In this document: positions 1-9,337 of the stretch, piece by piece
How the letters are laid out: the number at the start of each line of letters is the position of its first letter
Numbering within the stretch: position 1 is the stretch's first letter
From: a virus
Direction: 5' to 3' (one strand)
Virus record (IMG/VR): IMGVR_UViG_3300025030_000046
Coordinates: 1-64,000 of that record
Length of the DNA stretch: 64,000 nt
The notes under the pieces: model-generated
Told to the model about the DNA's origin: nothing
The model's input: the letters and a program-made list of their open reading frames with translations, nothing else
Database searches by the model: none
Made by a program: the position numbers and the translations under genes

Positions 1-1
1 T

Positions 2-70
2 GATTATATTAATCTTAAAACTTATGGAATTACTTCATCTGTTAGAGCAGTATTTGAGTGTAGTAATTGA
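2..70 (+). CDS. 3' end of a gene entering from upstream (probably tail/baseplate region)
   Basis: Open frame DYINLKTYGITSSVRAVFECSN* ending at TGA 68-70, followed by a terminator; function guessed from position before XkdX and the lysis genes. Confidence 0.45.
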   Translation, partial: DYINLKTYGITSSVRAVFECSN

Positions 71-92
71 ATAATTTAAGATTAATATAATC

Positions 93-120
93 AAAGAGCC
101 TAGATTTCTAGGCTCTTTTT
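93..120 (+). terminator. Rho-independent terminator
   Basis: aaagagcctaga-tt-tctaggctcttt hairpin with T tract. Confidence 0.8.
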
Positions 121-143
121 ATTTGTCCAATGGAGGTAATTTT

Positions 144-941
144 GTGAAAGAGATCGCAGAATGTAATTATAGTGTTTATGCTCATATTTCTCCAAGTAAC
201 AAAATGTATATAGGAATCACTATGCAAAACCCTAAAAAAAGATGGAGAAATGGTACAGCATATAAGAGTAATAAACATTTTACTAGAGCTATTAATAAAT
301 ATAAATGGGAAAATTTTCAACACGAAATAATAGCATATGGGTTATCAAAAAAAGAAGCATGTAATTTTGAAAAATTATTAATTGAAAAATTAAACACCAC
401 GAATCCTAATTTTGGTTATAATTGTAGTTCTGGTGGTGATTGCGGTAATGCTTTTGCTGGAAAAACAGAAGAAGAAATGAATCAGATTAGACAAAAAATG
501 AGCGAATCAAGACAAGGTTTTGAGTTTAGCGAAGAATGTAGAAAAAACATAAGCAATTCTAAATTAGGCGAAAAACATCATATGTACGGGAAACATCATA
601 GCGAAGAAGCTAAAAAGAAAATAAGTAACGCTTTTTTGGGTGAAAATCATCCAAACTATGGTAAATCAATGTCAGAAGAACAAAAGCAAAAAATTAGTGA
701 ATCAAAAATTGGTAAATATACTGGTGAAAATAGTCCACATGCAAGAATTGTTATTTGTATTACGACCAACGAGATATTTGACTGTATAAAACATGCTGAT
801 GAAAAATATCAGATTGCTCATGGAAGTATATCTATGTGTTGTCTAAATAAAAGAAAATCTTGTGGGAAACATCCTATAACTGGAGAAAAACTTAGATGGA
901 TGTATTATGAAGATTATAAAAAGAAAGGCGAGGTAGCATAA
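144..941 (+). CDS. GIY-YIG homing endonuclease with NUMOD3-type repeats
   Basis: N-terminal SVYAH...KMYIGIT motif; repeated (H/S)SEE.K.KIS.S..G..HP.YGK modules; GGAGG RBS before GTG at 144. Confidence 0.9.
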   Translation: MKEIAECNYSVYAHISPSNKMYIGITMQNPKKRWRNGTAYKSNKHFTRAINKYKWENFQHEIIAYGLSKKEACNFEKLLIEKLNTTNPNFGYNCSSGGDCGNAFAGKTEEEMNQIRQKMSESRQGFEFSEECRKNISNSKLGEKHHMYGKHHSEEAKKKISNAFLGENHPNYGKSMSEEQKQKISESKIGKYTGENSPHARIVICITTNEIFDCIKHADEKYQIAHGSISMCCLNKRKSCGKHPITGEKLRWMYYEDYKKKGEVA

Positions 942-945
942 TTCT

Positions 946-1212
946 ATGATATATAAAGATTATGAAATTGATATAGACACAATTAACTATAATAAAGGGA
1001 TTGCAATAATACCCCTTCCTAGCGGTGAAATAGTATGTATTCCAGAAGAAATCTTTACACAAGAAGAAAGACAATTAGTAGACGAATATATTAAATTACA
1101 CGCTAATGACACAGAACCAGAAGTTGTTGAACCATTAACCCCAGTTAAGACTGAGTTAGAAATATTAAGAGAAACAGTTGACGCTTTAGTGTTGGCTAGT
1201 TTGGGGGTATAG
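946..1212 (+). CDS. Small phage protein (XkdW-like position, possible tail-fibre chaperone)
   Basis: 88 aa ending TELEILRETVDALVLASLGV, directly upstream of an XkdX-like gene. Confidence 0.55.
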   Translation: MIYKDYEIDIDTINYNKGIAIIPLPSGEIVCIPEEIFTQEERQLVDEYIKLHANDTEPEVVEPLTPVKTELEILRETVDALVLASLGV

Positions 1213-1214
1213 AT

Positions 1215-1337
1215 ATGTTTGAAACTTTGATGAGATTGTATTTGGAAGGAAAGATTGATGAAGTTAAATTAGGCATTGCAGTAACAAAGGGCTGGATAAA
1301 TGAAGAGCAGAAACAGGAGATATTAGTAACAATATAA
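1215..1337 (+). CDS. XkdX-family small phage protein
   Basis: Not in the ORF track; my translation is MFETLMRLYLEGKIDEVKLGIAVTKGWINEEQKQEILVTI, with the AV.KGWI..EQ..EI pattern typical of XkdX. Confidence 0.75.
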   Translation: MFETLMRLYLEGKIDEVKLGIAVTKGWINEEQKQEILVTI

Positions 1338-1380
1338 AACAAAACTTTTAATTAAAAATATAAAATGATTCCCAATTTTA

Positions 1381-1415
1381 AAACAGCTTCTTGTGAAAAT
1401 GAGAGGTTGTTTTTA
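1381..1415 (+). terminator. Probable Rho-independent terminator
   Basis: aaacagcttctt...gagaggttgttttt stem-loop with T tract. Confidence 0.55.
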
Positions 1416-1501
1416 TTTTGTAAACCCAAGGGATATCCCTTTTTATATAAAACAAGTTAGCTTTTTTGCTGATGGATGTTAAATGAAGGGAGTGGGTCTT
1501 A

Positions 1502-1725
1502 ATGGCTCAAACAGGACGTAATCAAACTAGGAAATTAAAGAGAGTTATTATTCAAGAACGTGGCTGTGTATGCGAAATATACAAATACACCACTACAACA
1601 ATGACCGTAGAGTCAATACACGACGTAATGCAATGTTACTATGTGACGATTGTCACAAATTGGGACACAGTATTGATGTACGAGTTACTGATTATAGCGA
1701 ACCACCAACTAGGTATATTAGCTAA
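1502..1725 (+). pseudogene. Degenerate HNH endonuclease
   Basis: First frame reads ...ERGCVCEI; a shifted frame continues QIHHYNNDRRVNTRRNAMLLCDDCHKLGH (HNH and CxxCH motifs); frameshift or deletion near 1580. Confidence 0.65.
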
Positions 1726-1751
1726 ACGTTGAAAAGAAAGGAAGTATTAGC

Positions 1752-1946
1752 ATGAGAATCAAATCAAAAGAAATTTTAAATTTCACCTGTGTAAAAGAGG
1801 TAGCGAGATTTTTAGTTAAATTCATACCAATAGAACAGGCATTGTCTGTCGTTACGTATCCCTTAAAAACAATTGAAATTGATGAAACCATTATTTTAAT
1901 TGAAAAGACGAATAAGGAATGGCTAGTTGGGGTATTCTCAAAATAG
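1752..1946 (+). CDS. Hypothetical protein
   Basis: 64-aa ORF with AAGGAAG RBS. Confidence 0.55.
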   Translation: MRIKSKEILNFTCVKEVARFLVKFIPIEQALSVVTYPLKTIEIDETIILIEKTNKEWLVGVFSK

Positions 1947-2061
1947 GGTTTATTTACCCTTCTTTTTTAAAATTACTTGCGGGAGCAGGTTAATATAGAG
2001 GTTGGAGACATTCATTTATGGGTGTCTCTTTTTATTATTCAAATTTCAAGGGGGATGGGTG

Positions 2062-2592
2062 ATGAATGAGATATTTGGGAGTATGGGAGGCTTGATAAAA
2101 TCCCTGTTTGACTGGAGTATTTTAATGGTTAGTATGGTATTAACTTTATTTTTGAAAGCCATAGGATATCCAAGTCAAATAGTATATTTAATTTGTTTTT
2201 TAATTGTTTGTGACGTATTGACTAGATGGTACGCTGAAGTTAAGAAAAAATACGGCTATTTTAATATGGCTAACTTTATTAAATCATGGGGAGAAGAGAA
2301 AGTTTTAACAAGCAAGAAATTAAAATCGGGCGTTTTTGCTAAAATATTTATATATTCTATAATTCTTATCTTGGCGAACATGTCAATTATCAATCATCAA
2401 TTATTTTTTGGATTAGGAGAAAAAGTGGGTTATTTTCTTTATAGTTGTATTGTTTCTCTAGATACAATTTCTATCTTAGAAAATTTCGTAAATGCAGGCT
2501 ATTCAAAATTTAAACCAATTTTAAAAGGATTAAAGAATTTATTTAATAAGAAGAAGAATGAATTTTTAGAAACCGATTCTAAAAATGATTAA
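2062..2592 (+). CDS. Phage holin
   Basis: Multiple TM segments, D..T.W and SILEN motifs, basic C-terminus, directly upstream of the endolysin. Confidence 0.8.
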   Translation: MNEIFGSMGGLIKSLFDWSILMVSMVLTLFLKAIGYPSQIVYLICFLIVCDVLTRWYAEVKKKYGYFNMANFIKSWGEEKVLTSKKLKSGVFAKIFIYSIILILANMSIINHQLFFGLGEKVGYFLYSCIVSLDTISILENFVNAGYSKFKPILKGLKNLFNKKKNEFLETDSKND

Positions 2593-2646
2593 TTATTAAA
2601 AATATAAATTGTCAGGATTCAAATAATTGAAAGGAGATGATTATTT

Positions 2647-3390
2647 ATGAACTTCAAAATGAAATATGTAATCACGCCAATGTATTTACCCTCGAATACA
2701 AAAAGACGTTCTGGAATAAAGGCAGATAAAATTAAGTTTTCGGTTGCTCATGATACTGGAAATCCTAATTCTACTGCTAAAAACAATGTAGATTACTACA
2801 CAAAATCTGCTAATGAACTATCTGCGAGCGCACATTTGTTTGTCGATGATACTCATATCTTAGAGTGTATTCCTATGTTTACAGGTACTCCAGAAAAGGC
2901 TTGGCAGGTATTATATGATAAACCATTAGATAATCAAAAATATGGAGCAGAAAGCAACAATGCCGCATTTGGTGTGGAATTATGCTACGGAAGCAAAATT
3001 AATGCGCAAGAAGCTTATAAACGCTTTATATGGATATTTGCATATGGTGCATATAAATTTAATCTAAACGTTAATGATTTTATTCTTGGACATTTTCAAC
3101 TTGACCCTGCTAGAAGAACTGATCCTAACAATGCTTTAAATTTGATGGGTAAGACATTTGAGCAATTTTTAAAAGATGTAATAGCTGAATATAACGATTG
3201 TCTAAGTGAAGGAGATGATGACGTGGAACATAATGCTATGAAAATTTATTATTCTGACGGAACTCCAGTAAAGGTTGATAACTATAAAATTGATGGAAGT
3301 ACATATGTGAATCTTAGAGATATATTATCTGCTGGAGTTAAATCTATCAAGGTTGTTCAGGGAGATAAGATTTATTTAATTAAACAATAA
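2647..3390 (+). CDS. Endolysin, N-acetylmuramoyl-L-alanine amidase (Amidase_2)
   Basis: VAHDTGNPNSTA, SAHLFVDD, GVELCY and GHFQLDPARRTDP motifs; C-terminal binding module. Confidence 0.9.
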   Translation: MNFKMKYVITPMYLPSNTKRRSGIKADKIKFSVAHDTGNPNSTAKNNVDYYTKSANELSASAHLFVDDTHILECIPMFTGTPEKAWQVLYDKPLDNQKYGAESNNAAFGVELCYGSKINAQEAYKRFIWIFAYGAYKFNLNVNDFILGHFQLDPARRTDPNNALNLMGKTFEQFLKDVIAEYNDCLSEGDDDVEHNAMKIYYSDGTPVKVDNYKIDGSTYVNLRDILSAGVKSIKVVQGDKIYLIKQ

Positions 3391-3402
3391 GGAGGAATTA
3401 TT

Positions 3403-3732
3403 ATGGATTATATATTTTATATATTATTTGTCATCACATCCGTATTGGCAGTTCTAGAAATTATTAAACTTGTGAAATCTAGTGATGGAAAGTTCACAGA
3501 AGATGGTTGGAATAAAATATCAAAAATTGGCTATGAAACTATTGATGAATTAATAAAATTATACAATTCTAAAAAAGATAGAACATTATTTATCATAGAA
3601 ATAATTGATATTATCATGCTTAAAGTGAATAATTTGCCAGAAGATATTGGAGAATTTTTTACTAGAGAGCGGGTTGAGATATTTTTTAAGCCAGCAATTG
3701 GGAGATTGATTGATAAATTAGAAAAGAAATAA
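3403..3732 (+). CDS. Membrane-anchored protein of the lysis module
   Basis: N-terminal TM helix, AAGGAGG RBS, last gene before a terminator. Confidence 0.6.
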   Translation: MDYIFYILFVITSVLAVLEIIKLVKSSDGKFTEDGWNKISKIGYETIDELIKLYNSKKDRTLFIIEIIDIIMLKVNNLPEDIGEFFTRERVEIFFKPAIGRLIDKLEKK

Positions 3733-3744
3733 GCGGATACTTTT

Positions 3745-3787
3745 AGGGGAAGATGTGACTTCGGTTGCTCTTCCCTACTATTTTTTT
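3745..3787 (+). terminator. Terminator ending the late/lysis operon
   Basis: agggaag...cttccct hairpin with T run at the point where coding strands converge. Confidence 0.75.
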
Positions 3788-3794
3788 GCCTATT

Positions 3795-3888
3795 TTTGTT
3801 GTACCCCATTGATTGTATAAAAGGTTGATTTTATTGGGTTTTTAGCCCTACTCCCCCAATGGTTACAGTGTCAGTTTGTTGTACCCCA
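3795..3888. repeat. 14-bp direct repeat TTTGTTGTACCCCA (3795-3808, 3875-3888), candidate att region
   Basis: Two exact copies 80 bp apart at the strand-switch point beside the recombinase locus. Confidence 0.5.
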
Positions 3889-4212
3889 CGACAATTTTGT
3901 GTCAGAAATGATAGTTGGCTTGAAATTTGGGTCATTATAATAAATTATGTATGATCCGTCATCTAGAATATTTATTTCGCTTATTAGCTCTCTCATAAAT
4001 TTATTATCTTTAATAAAGAGAGTATCATATATATTGCATTGTTTTAAAATTACAGAAGCTAATTCTTCTTCGTTTATGTAGCTTTTATTTATACATGCTA
4101 GTGTGCCATTTTTTAAACGGTTGTTGCAGCGATAATTTATTTGGTTACGTTCTTTTCTACCTTTGTATGTATGGTTGCAACTTTGACAACGAATTAGTGA
4201 ACTAAATAACAT
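3871..4212 (-). CDS. Stand-alone recombinase-type zinc-ribbon protein
   Basis: LFSSLIRCQSC...YRC...C matches the Zn-ribbon pattern of large serine recombinases; AAGGAG RBS before ATG 4212 (the longer track ORF runs through the tRNA). Confidence 0.75.
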   Translation of the reverse strand: MLFSSLIRCQSCNHTYKGRKERNQINYRCNNRLKNGTLACINKSYINEEELASVILKQCNIYDTLFIKDNKFMRELISEINILDDGSYIIYYNDPNFKPTIISDTKLSWGTTN

Positions 4213-4231
4213 TGATATCTCCTTAAAATTA

Positions 4232-4306
4232 TGGTGGAGGCAATGGGGGTTGAACCCACGACTTTCACGCTGCCAGCGTGACACTCTCCCGCTGAGTTAC
4301 GCCCCC
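4232..4306 (-). tRNA. tRNA-Ala(GGC)
   Basis: GGGGGCG/TGCCTCC acceptor stem with G3:U70, discriminator A, encoded CCA, anticodon arm TCACG-CTGGCAG-CGTGA, T loop TTCAACC; 75 nt. Confidence 0.95.
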
Positions 4307-4319
4307 GTATATGTATATA

Positions 4320-6086
4320 TTAACCCGCCTCTTTGATATTTACAACAATTAAATTTTCTATAATTTTATGGGTAGTTAAAGGCACTTGCTTGCGCTCCCC
4401 GTTGAGTGCTTTTTGCATCCCAAAATCATTGCTCTTAATTGATTTTACAAACTCATCTATATATAGCTTAACTTTAATTTTTATCTTACTTTTATACACT
4501 ATAATTTCATCTATAATTTGTGACATCATCATTTTTTTCTGCTCATTCGATGCTAATTCAAACTCTTCTTTCCAACATGGAATAGATATTTGTAAACTAA
4601 TCATGTCATCTAATTCTATTTTTTTATCTTTAAATTTATTTTCTAACTCAATGATTTTAGAGTTAATATCCTTTATTTCGTTTTCTTTTTGTTCCATTAA
4701 ATTAGATAATTGATATGGTTTAAATTCACTTTTACCCATTATACTTTTAGTAACCTCCTTATTTAATATATTTAATTCTTTATAATTTTCTTCATTTTGT
4801 TTTTGAAATCTTTTTAATTCTAGCGTATCTTGGGATATATTTTTTACTTTAAAGTTTTCTATTTGAGCTACTAGATCAACCTGTCTGAGTTGTTCTAAAT
4901 ATTTATTAATTTCCATCATAACTGCTTCTTCAACTTTATTTTTAGCATGAAGAGTTTGTCCGTCACAATCAGTTTTACCAGTGGATTTTCCACTACACCT
5001 ATAAAATACTCGCTGTTTTGTTTTTATGGCTCCATCTTTATTCTTCCATTTTCGATTATTATATGTAGTTGTAAGTGGAGATCCACATTGCCCACATTTT
5101 ATAAATCCTACAAATAATAACGGGCTTTTTGTTTGAATTGGGAAATGAATAGTGTTATCACTCTTCCTGTTCATTGTATTTCTTTTCTTTCTCAATTGCT
5201 GTAATTTATCCCACAATTCTTCTTCAATTATAGCTAATTCAGGTATTTGAGTTGCCGATAATATCCAGTCATTTGAATTAATTCTATTTTTTGATGCCCC
5301 ATCAGAAGATGTTTTACCATAAGACATATAGCCTTTGTAAATTGGATTTCTTAAAATATAGTTTACAACAGATTCTCTCCATCCCGATTCTGTTTTAGAT
5401 GGTATTTTAAGAGAATTTAAATATGTAGAGATTCTTTTACCTCCATATCCTTCTTCACATGCCAGTCTAAACATTTCTTTAACTGTTTTACTTTCATTCT
5501 CATCAATGCTTAATTTATGTAATTCCTTGTTCTTCTTATTTTGTTTCCCCGATTTTACTAATTCATAACCATATGGAGGTTTACCACCTCTAAAAGAACC
5601 CTCTTTTGTCATTTGAACATGGCTTTCGTTTACTCTTATCGATGTTTTAATACTTTCTCCGCTTGATGTCCAGTATCTTAAATAGTTTAAAAGCTTGTCT
5701 GTATGATTATCAAATTTTTGCTCTCCTTCTATTACAGACCATATTTCTATTCCTTGTTTACTAAACCATTCTACAACAAATGGCGTTTCGTCATCTTTTC
5801 TTCCCAATCTGTCAAACATAAATACCAATAAAATATCAAATAACCCCATGCTCGCATCGGTTCTTATTTTTTGAAGTACGTCTCTGTCCTTCGCAGATTT
5901 TTTAAACCCTGATACTCCCTTTTCATAATATTCTTTTACTAAGTTCCACTCTGCTTGCTTATCAATAAATTCTCTACATGCGGTTTTTTGCATAGGTATA
6001 TCATTATTATCCACTTGACCTTTTGTTGATACTCTATATAAACAGGCAACTCTTTTTACATTATAGTTAATTTGGGGGGATTCCAT
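4320..6086 (-). CDS. Large serine recombinase (integrase)
   Basis: YRVST catalytic motif, DRLGR, PYGY recombinase domain, CGQCG...YRC zinc ribbon, coiled coil; AAGGAGG RBS before ATG 6086. Confidence 0.95.
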   Translation of the reverse strand: MESPQINYNVKRVACLYRVSTKGQVDNNDIPMQKTACREFIDKQAEWNLVKEYYEKGVSGFKKSAKDRDVLQKIRTDASMGLFDILLVFMFDRLGRKDDETPFVVEWFSKQGIEIWSVIEGEQKFDNHTDKLLNYLRYWTSSGESIKTSIRVNESHVQMTKEGSFRGGKPPYGYELVKSGKQNKKNKELHKLSIDENESKTVKEMFRLACEEGYGGKRISTYLNSLKIPSKTESGWRESVVNYILRNPIYKGYMSYGKTSSDGASKNRINSNDWILSATQIPELAIIEEELWDKLQQLRKKRNTMNRKSDNTIHFPIQTKSPLLFVGFIKCGQCGSPLTTTYNNRKWKNKDGAIKTKQRVFYRCSGKSTGKTDCDGQTLHAKNKVEEAVMMEINKYLEQLRQVDLVAQIENFKVKNISQDTLELKRFQKQNEENYKELNILNKEVTKSIMGKSEFKPYQLSNLMEQKENEIKDINSKIIELENKFKDKKIELDDMISLQISIPCWKEEFELASNEQKKMMMSQIIDEIIVYKSKIKIKVKLYIDEFVKSIKSNDFGMQKALNGERKQVPLTTHKIIENLIVVNIKEAG

Positions 6087-6122
6087 TAAATATTCCTCCT
6101 TAGTGTATAGCTTCACATCCCT

Positions 6123-6151
6123 ATGTTAATTTAATCTTCATGCAATGTCAA
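6123..6151 (-). promoter_or_regulatory. SigmaA-like promoter for the recombinase
   Basis: TTGACA-17 bp-TAACAT. Confidence 0.55.
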
Positions 6152-6159
6152 TAGGACTA

Positions 6160-6375
6160 TTATTTACTAATAGCCCTATCTATAAATTGTTTTGAAAGTA
6201 ATTTAATTATTGAGTTTTCTACTTCTTTTGCATCAACCGTTGAATGACTTGGAAAATTTATTTCAACCCACATTTTTACTTTTTTATTAAATCTACTTAC
6301 ACTTGACGATCCGTCTTCATTTATAATTAAATTATATTTATCACCTTGAAATTCTATAATTTGTTCATTATTCAT
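6160..6375 (-). CDS. Hypothetical protein upstream of the recombinase
   Basis: 71-aa ORF with GAGG RBS. Confidence 0.6.
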   Translation of the reverse strand: MNNEQIIEFQGDKYNLIINEDGSSSVSRFNKKVKMWVEINFPSHSTVDAKEVENSIIKLLSKQFIDRAISK

Positions 6376-6382
6376 TTCAGCC

Positions 6383-6811
6383 TCACTTTGTTTCTTCTAT
6401 TAATATTTCGGTTCTTGGATTTTCTTTGTCATATCCGCCCTTAATGCAAAGCATTTGTATATGCTCAAAATCATCGTCTACTAGCAATCCGCTTTGAGTG
6501 AATCCATCCATAATGTTCTTGGGCGTATAGTTATCGCTGTCGTGCCGTGCTTTAGTTTTAAAATAATATGTAAAAGTCATAGTTGCCTTTTCTATCTTCT
6601 TATTTTCCAATCCGTAATGCTCAACCAACCAAATTATAAACTCCTTCCACTTCTGTTTTTCATTGTTCATTGCAGGTCTTTTCATTACCATCCATTGATT
6701 TAATGATGGAGATATTGGGGATTTAATTGGTATGACTTTTCGCTTCGGATATTTTTTAAAATAGTACTCGTTATATTGTTCAAGTATTTTATTATCTATA
6801 GTTATTAACAT
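6383..6811 (-). CDS. RusA-like Holliday junction resolvase
   Basis: PSLNQW, RHDSDNYTPKNIMDGF..GLLVDDD and NPRTEI motifs. Confidence 0.85.
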   Translation of the reverse strand: MLITIDNKILEQYNEYYFKKYPKRKVIPIKSPISPSLNQWMVMKRPAMNNEKQKWKEFIIWLVEHYGLENKKIEKATMTFTYYFKTKARHDSDNYTPKNIMDGFTQSGLLVDDDFEHIQMLCIKGGYDKENPRTEILIEETK

Positions 6812-6833
6812 TTTTACCTCACTGTTTTATATT

Positions 6834-7469
6834 TTACTTTATTGGAGCTGATTTATTTAAATTTTCAGCTTCTTTTAACCACTGCTTTATTTTTATAAGC
6901 TTTTCTTCTGAGAAAAAATCTTTGGATCTAAACCAAGTTTCCATATCTAACTGTCTTTTACTACTATTGCACCCTTTACATGATGGGACACAATTATTTA
7001 TTGTATTATCTCCATTATGTATTACGTGTTCTTTATGTAATTGTTGTCTATATTTTTCTTTGTGGTCTTGTTCGGTAGTTCCACAATAAGCACATTTATG
7101 ATTAAAACAATCTAAGCAATATTTCCATTCTTTATTATTTATTTTATGATTTTTGTTTCTTCTTATTTTACTATATTCATTAACTCTATCACGATGTTGT
7201 TTTTGATACTCTTTGGTATATTCTAAGATGTGTTTTTTATTATTTTTTCTCCACAATTTATCTTTAGTTGATTCTCTTTCTTTATTTCTTTGTTTCCATT
7301 GTCTTTGAGATTCTCTTGATTTATCTAAATTTTTCTCTCTATATATTTTTTGGTATTCATCCCTACAATGCTTACATGGTTGCCCCAGTTTTCCATTTAC
7401 TTTGTAAAAATATTCCTCTGTTGCAGGCTTGTATTCTCTGCATTTAGTACATTGTTTTAATTCTTCCAA
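6834..7469 (-). CDS. HNH endonuclease
   Basis: N-terminal CTKC...CKHC; C-terminal CAYCG...HKEHV...NCVPSCKGCNSSK. Confidence 0.85.
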   Translation of the reverse strand: MEELKQCTKCREYKPATEEYFYKVNGKLGQPCKHCRDEYQKIYREKNLDKSRESQRQWKQRNKERESTKDKLWRKNNKKHILEYTKEYQKQHRDRVNEYSKIRRNKNHKINNKEWKYCLDCFNHKCAYCGTTEQDHKEKYRQQLHKEHVIHNGDNTINNCVPSCKGCNSSKRQLDMETWFRSKDFFSEEKLIKIKQWLKEAENLNKSAPIK

Positions 7470-7621
7470 TCCTTCACCTCCTAAATTTCAATAGAATCAC
7501 TCTTTCATCGTAAAACCGTAACCGCAAACCCTACAGCCATGCCAGTTACAAAACAGACTAAAAACAAAATTACGTATTCTAGGTAATTACTCATGTTTTT
7601 CTCCTATTTTTATATTTTTGT

Positions 7622-8524
7622 TCAATACCTTAATTCTCCTCTGCTTATTTTATTTCTTATTTCTTCAGCAAATAACTTCGCATTGTTTAACTCATCCTTT
7701 TTAAAAGTACCTAGTCTTTTTTGCTTGCCATCAATTTTAAATCGTACAATATATTTTTGTTCTTTCTCGCTCCAAGATACATTTTTAATTTGAGTAATAT
7801 TTCTTTTTAGAGGTTTATCAGAAATGTTACTTGATCTTTTATTTATTGGACGAATAATATCGTTATTTTTATCTCCCTTTTCAATTCTTCTATATATTGT
7901 TTTATATGATATATTATATATTTTAGGTAATTCTACAATTGATTTCTTTTCTCCATTTATTTCTACTTGTTTTAATTTATCATAATTTATTTCTTTTTTT
8001 CTTTTTCTACTAAATTTTTTAAAAGGTTTTCTTTTATTTATATTTTGAATACTGTCAGTTACCCATCTACAATTTGTAGGCTCATAATTTCCATCATTAT
8101 TTATTCTATCTATTTCTAATTTTTCATCATATCCGTTTTTTAACGCCCAATTATAAAAATTGATAAACCCGTTATCTTCATTTAACCATTCATCACAAAT
8201 ATTTATACCTCTGCCTCCATAATTATAATAATATTGATTTTTAGAATTACAGCAACGCTGTTTCATCCCATGATAAACTTTGTATAATTTATGATTCGAT
8301 AAGTTATGTTTTAAATGTATTTGTGAGACAATTTCTTTATTTAAACAACCACAAGATTGTGTTAATCCACTTCTTAAACTATTTCCACATATTATTTTCT
8401 GTGTTTTATTTATACAATTACATTCACACAACCATTGTGGCTTATTATATTTATTGTTTTCTACTCGTTTTAATACTGTAAATCTTCCAAATTGTATACC
8501 CGTTAAATCTATAAATGCCCCCAT
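7622..8524 (-). CDS. HNH-family homing endonuclease with C-terminal AP2-like domain
   Basis: DLTG..FGR, CECNC, SCGC, YGGRGI.IC.EW, IDRINNDGNYEP.NCRW; AP2-like NVSW...RLGTF. Confidence 0.85.
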   Translation of the reverse strand: MGAFIDLTGIQFGRFTVLKRVENNKYNKPQWLCECNCINKTQKIICGNSLRSGLTQSCGCLNKEIVSQIHLKHNLSNHKLYKVYHGMKQRCCNSKNQYYYNYGGRGINICDEWLNEDNGFINFYNWALKNGYDEKLEIDRINNDGNYEPTNCRWVTDSIQNINKRKPFKKFSRKRKKEINYDKLKQVEINGEKKSIVELPKIYNISYKTIYRRIEKGDKNNDIIRPINKRSSNISDKPLKRNITQIKNVSWSEKEQKYIVRFKIDGKQKRLGTFKKDELNNAKLFAEEIRNKISRGELRY

Positions 8525-8539
8525 TTTAAATCCTTTCAA

Positions 8540-9121
8540 CTATAATAATTTTCTTGCAATCTCTTTCCAATTTTTACATCTTGCGTCTTGCCATTTAATA
8601 TTCCAATCTTTAATTTCGCCAAAACATATTTTTGAATTAGCATTTGAAGTTTTTAAATTACTATAAACATCATCAATAAAGATTGATTCATATTTATTAT
8701 TTACATTCATGTTAACTATTCCTTTATCCATTTTTACTCCATCATTTACAAGCAACACCGAGTTCTTTATAAATGGCAGCTTTTCCTTTATAAATAAAGA
8801 TTTTCGAGATATATTCCCATATGTACCAACACTCGCAATTATTATTTTGTACTTCTCATTCAACTCTTCCAGCACTTCATAAGCATCTGGCATAAATTCA
8901 AGCACATGGAAGAATTCAAATGAGGCAAACATATCGTCAATTCTATCAATTGCCAATGGACATTCTTCTCCAAAATCCCATCGTTTATTGTTTAGATAGT
9001 TGGCTGGTTTATATCCAGCAACATGTTTATATCTCATGTCGTAAGCGTCACAATATGCTTTAGAACTATTTACTATGCAATCATCAAAGTCCAAAAATAA
9101 ATTATATTTCATATTTTTCAT
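8540..9121 (-). CDS. HAD-family 5'(3')-deoxyribonucleotidase
   Basis: FLDFDDCI HAD motif I and FIDD motif; nucleotide-metabolism neighbourhood. Confidence 0.75.
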   Translation of the reverse strand: MKNMKYNLFLDFDDCIVNSSKAYCDAYDMRYKHVAGYKPANYLNNKRWDFGEECPLAIDRIDDMFASFEFFHVLEFMPDAYEVLEELNEKYKIIIASVGTYGNISRKSLFIKEKLPFIKNSVLLVNDGVKMDKGIVNMNVNNKYESIFIDDVYSNLKTSNANSKICFGEIKDWNIKWQDARCKNWKEIARKLL

Positions 9122-9125
9122 CTCC

Positions 9126-9323
9126 TTAATTGTTCATTAAAAAAGCAATTTTATCTAAAATTTGAGCGATTGATAATTTTTGAAACTCCTTTCGCTCTAG
9201 GTATTTAAGTAATAGGGTAGTCATGTAATCAATCTGGTTTTGATTTGGATATATTTTAGATCTATTAAAGTACCATTTCTTATATTCTTGGATGATTTCT
9301 TCATTGTTGTTCGTAATAATCAC
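9126..9323 (-). CDS. Hypothetical protein
   Basis: 65-aa ORF in the operon. Confidence 0.5.
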   Translation of the reverse strand: MIITNNNEEIIQEYKKWYFNRSKIYPNQNQIDYMTTLLLKYLERKEFQKLSIAQILDKIAFLMNN

Positions 9324-9337
9324 CTCTATTTTATATT

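Noticed and set aside
108-3809. - strand ORFs 108-323, 892-1074 and 3531-3809
   Set aside because: Antisense to clear + strand genes of the lysis region.
4213-4284. N-terminal extension of the 3871-4284 ORF
   Set aside because: Overlaps the tRNA-Ala; the RBS supports ATG 4212.
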